Below, in pieces: positions 15,932 to 20,713 of a DNA stretch of 20,713 nt. The position numbers were made by a program, and so were the translations under genes. This DNA is from a virus (Duplodnaviria > Heunggongvirae > Uroviricota > Caudoviricetes). The notes beneath the pieces are model-generated. The model was given only the letters and a program-made list of their open reading frames with translations. It was not told where the DNA came from and did no database searches. How positions within the stretch are numbered: the first letter of the stretch is position 1; each line of letters starts with the position of its first letter. The stretch lies in the IMG/VR virus record IMGVR_UViG_2703718869_000003, positions 1-20,713 of that record, one strand, 5' to 3'.

Positions 15932-16408
15932 ATGCAATTTAAAGATTTACCAGAGGATATTCAGAAAATAGCTGCGGATACGCTTAAAGACCATTTATCG
16001 GTGATAAATTTAACAAAGGAACCAAAGGCGAATCTGGAAAATATATCCCGTAACATGCGAGATGTTTTTGTCGGGATGTATGCTTATGACAATGAAAAGC
16101 ACGAGGAACATATTCAAAATTGCCGCCTTAATAAAGGACAACAAAACATCAAACACAATATAACAGAAAACGACAAATCAATTAATTCTGTTGAAAGAGT
16201 GAATAATTCGCAGAAAACAGACCCATTGGTATTCTGGAATATCGTTCAGGCTTTTGCCTTGAGCAAGGTGTATGAGTTTAACAACATCAATCATTCAGGG
16301 ATCGACACTCATCAATCATCACATCGTGAGGGGGTGTCCATGCTTCTGTCTCTGTTACAAGAGCAAGGCGAATATCCTCAGCCGACATCAAACGATACTG
16401 AGCAATAG
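15932..16408 (+). CDS. Hypothetical protein encoded by a markedly AT-rich gene (candidate moron)
   Basis: 158-aa ORF, Asn/Lys/Ile-rich, visibly lower GC than its flanks. Ribosome-binding site GGAGGG. Flanked by intergenic regions on both sides. Confidence 0.6.
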   Translation: MQFKDLPEDIQKIAADTLKDHLSVINLTKEPKANLENISRNMRDVFVGMYAYDNEKHEEHIQNCRLNKGQQNIKHNITENDKSINSVERVNNSQKTDPLVFWNIVQAFALSKVYEFNNINHSGIDTHQSSHREGVSMLLSLLQEQGEYPQPTSNDTEQ

Positions 16409-16515
16409 TCTATTCTCGTACGCTGCAACGTGAGGTCGTACCCCGGACACGGGTAAACATCCGGCAATTCCAGCTTACCACCTATTTAACCCCCTCCCCG
16501 TAACGAGACGAAGAA

Positions 16516-17394
16516 ATGAGCACTCATCATGTTGTGAGTTTTTCAGGCGGTCGGACATCGGCGTACCTCGTCCACCTTATGGAGCAACGCAGAAAAGCTG
16601 GTGAAAACGTTCATTACATACTCATGGATACGGGATGTGAACACCCGCTGACGTACCGATTTATTCGGGAGGTTGTGAAGTTCTGGGATATTCCGCTAAC
16701 CGTGTTGCAGGTCGATATAAATCCAGAGCTTAGGCAGCCAAATGGTTATACGGAATGGGAACCAAAGGATATTCAGACGCGAATGCCGGTGCTTAAACCG
16801 TTTATGGACATGGTAAAAAAATATGGCACGCCATACATCGGCGGCGCGTTCTGCACTGACAGATTAAAACTCACCCCCTTCACAAAATACTGCGATGACC
16901 ATTTCGGACAAGGGAACTACATCACGTGGCTGGGTATTCGTGCAGACGAACCCCGTAGGCTGAAACCGAAACCGGGCGTCCGGTATCTTGCCGAACTGTC
17001 AGATTTTGATAAGTCGGATGTTATCCGGTGGTGGCGAAAACAACCTTTTGATTTGCAAATCCCGGAGCACCTCGGGAACTGTGTTTTCTGCATCAAAAAG
17101 TCAACGCAAAAGCTGGGGCTTGCATGTAAAGACGAACCTGGTCTGATGCGGGTTTTTAATGAACTGGTTACAGGCAAACACGTCAGGGATGGTCATCGCA
17201 GAACAGGTAAAGACGTTATGTACCGTGGTCACCTGACGCTTGACGGGATTGCCAGGATGTATGCCGACAGCGACTACAGCAATTTGTATCAAGCGATGGT
17301 GCTGGCCAAGCGGTTTGATACTGGTTCGTGTTCCGAATCATGTGAAATCTGGGGTGACCAATTGGAGTTGAAATTCGAAGAGGTAGTGGCATGA
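16516..17394 (+). CDS. Phosphoadenosine-phosphosulfate (PAPS) reductase-family protein (PP-loop ATP pyrophosphatase fold)
   Basis: N-terminal PP-loop VVSFSGGRTSAYL. 292 aa. First gene of a chain of start/stop-overlapping ORFs. Confidence 0.8.
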   Translation: MSTHHVVSFSGGRTSAYLVHLMEQRRKAGENVHYILMDTGCEHPLTYRFIREVVKFWDIPLTVLQVDINPELRQPNGYTEWEPKDIQTRMPVLKPFMDMVKKYGTPYIGGAFCTDRLKLTPFTKYCDDHFGQGNYITWLGIRADEPRRLKPKPGVRYLAELSDFDKSDVIRWWRKQPFDLQIPEHLGNCVFCIKKSTQKLGLACKDEPGLMRVFNELVTGKHVRDGHRRTGKDVMYRGHLTLDGIARMYADSDYSNLYQAMVLAKRFDTGSCSESCEIWGDQLELKFEEVVA

Positions 17395-17594
17395 CAATCG
17401 TAAAAACCCATACCGGCATTGTGATCACCAAAGGCGGCCCGCAGGTAAAAAAACTTCACCAGACAGAGCGGATGTGGGTCGTCGGCAAAAACGAGTTTTA
17501 CCACAAAGAAACCGGACGCCGCCACTTTGCAGAAAATACGCGCCGCAGACTGCTGATCGACACAATCAAGCCTGTCGAGGTGAAGCATGTTTAA
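17391..17594 (+). CDS. Hypothetical small protein (ATGA overlap with the PAPS-reductase-like gene)
   Basis: 67-aa ORF, translationally coupled on both sides. Confidence 0.5.
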   Translation: MTIVKTHTGIVITKGGPQVKKLHQTERMWVVGKNEFYHKETGRRHFAENTRRRLLIDTIKPVEVKHV

Positions 17595-17826
17595 ACAGAA
17601 CGAAAAATCTATCGCTCAAATTGCTGAGTATATCCCGCGTACGTGCCGGGGTATGCAGTTGCAGGAAGCCAAAGCGCGCCTGGAGAAAAAAATTGCGCTC
17701 TATATCGATGACGGCTGTGATGCTGCCGTTCTTAACGCGGCTTTCGCACCAGCTCTTAACTGTCATACGCGGGAATCTTTTTTTTCGTGCATCGCAGCGC
17801 AGATCCACAAAGGAGGCAACCAGTGA
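17587..17826 (+). CDS. Hypothetical small protein ending in ...KGGNQ
   Basis: 79-aa ORF. Its 3' end carries the conserved junction CAAAGGAGGCAACCAGTGAGC that forms the start of the next gene. Confidence 0.5.
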   Translation: MFKQNEKSIAQIAEYIPRTCRGMQLQEAKARLEKKIALYIDDGCDAAVLNAAFAPALNCHTRESFFSCIAAQIHKGGNQ

Positions 17827-18587
17827 GCAAAATTGACTATCAGGTATTGCGTGACGTGTCGGAACGCGCAATTACAGCGATGACACATCTGTCAATATTA
17901 CCAGGTGATGATGATTTATTAAGCGAAAAGAAGCTCAAGGAGCTTGGTATTGATATTGATGCGATTCACGCCTTTAAAATTATGGCCGGGCCAGAAACCG
18001 TGCTGTCACTACTGGATGAACGAGATGCATTAAACGAACGCATGGCCGAACTGGAGGCTAATTTAGCGAAGCTGGCCGAAGACCAACAGAAAGCGATTGA
18101 GTCAATTAAGCAGGCTGATTCGGCTGTTAAGTTGGCACACGAGAAGTTTTCGGCTCTGGCGGCGGAGAATGCGGAGTTGAAGGCCTTCAAAACAGCAGTT
18201 TATCAGCAGATGGGCGTCGGATGTGATGCTCCTGAATTCTCCATTACGGTAGGTTTGAGTAACTTACGTCGTTTTGCTGACACACTCCACGCCATTGAGC
18301 GTGAGTTCTTTACCAAAGAGCTACCTGATGAAGAGCACGAAGGCGAAACATTCAATGAATGTCCACTTAGCTGGGGAATGAGCGTCGAACAGTACGTTTC
18401 CGAGTTTCGCAAATGCCTGGCTGAAGTACGGGCGCAGGGCGTGGAGATGCTGGCAAAAAATCATCAGAGTATCGTCAATGCACTTAAGGGAGATTCTTTA
18501 TTTTCTGATGGTGAATACCGGCATGCAATTATCGCTTCCGCAGCAACATCTTTCGCCGCTGAGCTTCGCAAAGGAGGCAACCAGTGA
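17823..18587 (+). CDS. Ea22-like protein (coiled-coil), GTG start
   Basis: GTG at 17823 preceded by AGGAGG at 6-nt spacing. N-terminus VSKIDYQVLRDVSERA. Central heptad-like region (LNERMAELEANLAKLAEDQQKAIESIKQ). Ends ...LRKGGNQ. Confidence 0.7.
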   Translation: MSKIDYQVLRDVSERAITAMTHLSILPGDDDLLSEKKLKELGIDIDAIHAFKIMAGPETVLSLLDERDALNERMAELEANLAKLAEDQQKAIESIKQADSAVKLAHEKFSALAAENAELKAFKTAVYQQMGVGCDAPEFSITVGLSNLRRFADTLHAIEREFFTKELPDEEHEGETFNECPLSWGMSVEQYVSEFRKCLAEVRAQGVEMLAKNHQSIVNALKGDSLFSDGEYRHAIIASAATSFAAELRKGGNQ

Positions 18588-19132
18588 GCGAAATTAATTA
18601 CCAGGCACTGCGTGAGGCGGCAGTAGCAATTGAAACAGTAGCAACGCCTCAAAAATTGCTGGCATTTCGTATGAAAGCCACACCTCAGGTTGTGCTGGCG
18701 CTACTGGATGAGTTGGAAGCAGCAAAATCAAAACTCAACGAGCAGCGTGAGTATTACGAGGGAGTAATCGCGGATGGAAGTAAGCGCATAGCCGAACAGG
18801 AGAAAAGCGAAGAGCAACTCATTAATGAGCGTGACCATGCTGAGTCTGCTTTAGCTGATATGTATTTTGCAGCAACCGGGGACAGGCCGGAATGGAGTAA
18901 CTGTTTCAGTTTTTCAGATGCAGTAGATGCCGTGGTTGACAGAATTGCTGATTTAGAAGCTAAACAGGCATCGCCAGTAGTACCGGAAGAACTGATTAAA
19001 GCAGTGCGCTTTTATGAACAGGTAAAGCGTGAGAATCCATCTGTTGAAACCGGAGCATGGAAAGACGCTGTTGACTGGGTACTCAAAGAGGCTTGCCAGG
19101 CTGTAAGCATTCGCATCAAAGGAGGTGAGTAA
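18584..19132 (+). CDS. Ea22-like protein (second copy, divergent)
   Basis: MSEINYQALREAAV...AKSKLNEQREYYEGVIADGSKRIAEQEK resembles lambda Ea22 from memory. Same GTGA-overlap junction as the previous gene. Confidence 0.7.
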   Translation: MSEINYQALREAAVAIETVATPQKLLAFRMKATPQVVLALLDELEAAKSKLNEQREYYEGVIADGSKRIAEQEKSEEQLINERDHAESALADMYFAATGDRPEWSNCFSFSDAVDAVVDRIADLEAKQASPVVPEELIKAVRFYEQVKRENPSVETGAWKDAVDWVLKEACQAVSIRIKGGE

Positions 19133-19287
19133 TGCGTGTGGCATGTATCGGCTTGTTACCGTATCCGACTCGTTTTTGGGCTTCTGCGCTAATTGCAAAG
19201 AACATCATCCCGACACCAAAGCGCCGCCATACCGGTATTGCAGCGGCACGACGAGCAGCAAAGAGATGCAGGAGAGCAAAACGATGA
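19132..19287 (+). CDS. Small highly basic ORF (51 aa)
   Basis: Not in the ORF track. ATG at 19132 overlaps the upstream stop (TAATG), with AGGAGG at 6-nt spacing. Translation MRVACIGLLPYPTRFWASALIAKNIIPTPKRRHTGIAAARRAAKRCRRAKR. An alternative reading is the 115-aa frame (19125-19472). Confidence 0.4.
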   Translation: MRVACIGLLPYPTRFWASALIAKNIIPTPKRRHTGIAAARRAAKRCRRAKR

Positions 19288-19472
19288 AAAACCGTAAAGC
19301 AAAGATTCTGTTAGTTCGTAGAAACGCTCCTGGCGTCTGGCAGTGGGTGAGACTCAGCAACCGACGGATGGGGTTGATGAAATATTACGGGATGATGGAT
19401 TGTGGTTTTTGCAAAAAGCCCAGCGCGGAGCAAAACCGCTGGAAAAACCACTTGCGCACTAAAGGAGAGTGA
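19284..19472 (+). CDS. Small hypothetical protein (62 aa)
   Basis: ATG at 19284 with AGGAGAG 7 nt upstream, overlapping the stop of the 51-aa ORF (ATGA). It is the 3' part of ORF-track entry 19125-19472. Confidence 0.45.
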   Translation: MKNRKAKILLVRRNAPGVWQWVRLSNRRMGLMKYYGMMDCGFCKKPSAEQNRWKNHLRTKGE

Positions 19473-19473
19473 T

Positions 19474-19683
19474 ATGGCTATTGCTGCAAGTTACACCATG
19501 CATCTCTATTGTGATTGCCTCCAGTGTACAGATGGCAAATATAAGTCGCCAGACTTCGGTGAGTATATAGGTACGTCATGGGCTGGCTGTGCAAAAGAGG
19601 CGCGCAAGGATGGCTGGCGAATAAGCAAAGACAAAACGCGTGCTTTTGCGCCCGGGCATAAAGTTTTGAGGATTAACAAATGA
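19474..19683 (+). CDS. Small Cys-containing hypothetical protein (69 aa)
   Basis: ATG at 19474 with AAGGAGAG upstream. Sequence MAIAASYTMHLYCDCLQCTDGKYKSPDFGEYIGTSWAGCAKEARKDGW.... Confidence 0.5.
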   Translation: MAIAASYTMHLYCDCLQCTDGKYKSPDFGEYIGTSWAGCAKEARKDGWRISKDKTRAFAPGHKVLRINK

Positions 19684-20713
19684 CCACTATTACCAAAGAG
19701 CGACTGCTGACAATCAAGCAGTGGCGCGAAACATACGGACCTGGTAGCAACGTTGTACTGCCAGCAGAAGAAGCGGAAGAACTGGCACGGATTGCTCTGG
19801 CATCGCTGGAAGCAAAACCAATAGGTGCATTTCACATTGCAGAACAGCAAGTTGACGGCACAAGTGACTACATCAAGGATGGGGAGTGGCCTATTGATAA
19901 TGGGACAATTGAAGTATACGCCGCCCCTCCAGCGCCAGTAGTACCGGAAGAAAAACCAATGCCTAACCCTCTTGGCATGTACGCGGTTGATGCTGTTGCT
20001 GCTATTGCAGAGGTGAGAGGCTGGAACGCCTGCCGCGCCGCCATGCTTCAGTCCGGAAACTTTCGGGAAAACAATAATTCGTCAACCAATAATTTTCGGG
20101 AAATCGCGGAAACGTCAACCAACTATCCGATAATTCCTAGTGAGGTGTTGTCCGCAATCCTGAAGGTTGCCAAGATTCGTGCCGATTTCGATGATTTTGA
20201 CGGTGACAGGCGAGGTATCGGTGATTGTCTGGATGAGGCTGAGCAAGAGCTTATCGTTACCATTAACAAATATGCCAGTCAGTTGGCAGCAGAACCGATA
20301 GCGACTAATGACGTTCGAGAGCAAACAGCCGTTCCGCCAGTTCCTGTAATACAGGCTGATGTCGCGCAGGCAATTGAAAAACTCAAACGGAAATTAGTGG
20401 AATGCAATCGCTATAACTACTGCGCAGATGCAGTTAAGGGCGTTGAGTATGCCTGCCACGCTGCCATGCTTCAGGGTAGCCAACCTGTAAGCCAAACTTA
20501 CAAGTTTCCAGTTAATACACCTTGCCAGGATGCGCCAGCCCATATCTGGCTGCAAACAGCTGGAGTATGGCCAGAAGATGGCGAGTTAAGCGAATTAACG
20601 TGGTGCAGCCACAATCAGCACCATGATGACACGCTATATGTTCGAGCTGACTTGGTAAATGGCAATTCTCCGGTAACTCCGGATGGTTGGATAAGCTGTA
20701 GTGAGCGAATGCC
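19680..20713 (+). CDS. Long hypothetical protein, 3'-truncated by the window end (at least 344 codons open)
   Basis: Absent from the ORF track because no stop occurs before the window end. I translated it codon by codon from ATG 19680 (ATGA overlap with the previous stop) and found no stop through 20713. Contains internal repeats. Confidence 0.65.
   Translation, partial: MTTITKERLLTIKQWRETYGPGSNVVLPAEEAEELARIALASLEAKPIGAFHIAEQQVDGTSDYIKDGEWPIDNGTIEVYAAPPAPVVPEEKPMPNPLGMYAVDAVAAIAEVRGWNACRAAMLQSGNFRENNNSSTNNFREIAETSTNYPIIPSEVLSAILKVAKIRADFDDFDGDRRGIGDCLDEAEQELIVTINKYASQLAAEPIATNDVREQTAVPPVPVIQADVAQAIEKLKRKLVECNRYNYCADAVKGVEYACHAAMLQGSQPVSQTYKFPVNTPCQDAPAHIWLQTAGVWPEDGELSELTWCSHNQHHDDTLYVRADLVNGNSPVTPDGWISCSERM

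Noticed and set aside
1-20713. CRISPR arrays, IS elements or transposases, integrase or attachment site
   Set aside because: No spaced direct-repeat array, transposase-like ORF or tyrosine-recombinase ORF is present. The integrase end of the prophage presumably lies beyond the window.

Overview
This window reads as the early/immunity region of a lambdoid temperate phage or prophage from an enterobacterial host, inverted relative to the lambda map. All calls are from reading the sequence and from remembered protein families; no searches were run. Minus strand, right to left from the pR side: cro, a cII-position gene, a replication module (128-aa protein, SF2 helicase, Zn-ribbon/Toprim primase), a DUF1367-like gene, ninG, ninH, a phage-82/QuuD-type Q antiterminator, and a Hok/Gef-family toxin ORF. 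Plus strand: a lambda-like cI repressor, then in the rexAB position an NPPY adenine methyltransferase and a 317-aa partner that look like a PstI/BsuBI-type restriction-modification pair. Downstream are pL with lambda-like operator half-sites, a roughly 580-bp leader with an rrn-type boxA and terminators but no N gene, two antirepressor-like genes sharing a C-terminal domain, a Gam-like ORF, an annealase with a RecT-like core and a lambda Bet-like C-terminus, lambda-type Exo, and a run of accessory genes (DUF2303/YfdQ-like, an AT-rich ORF, PAPS-reductase-like, two Ea22-like genes, small coupled ORFs, and a long ORF running off the window). The strongest candidates for something new are the restriction-modification pair with a CTGCAG site inside a palindrome at its 5' end, the RecT/Bet chimera, and the N-less pL leader. 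I recognised no rRNA, tRNA, CRISPR array, integrase, transposase or lysis gene.
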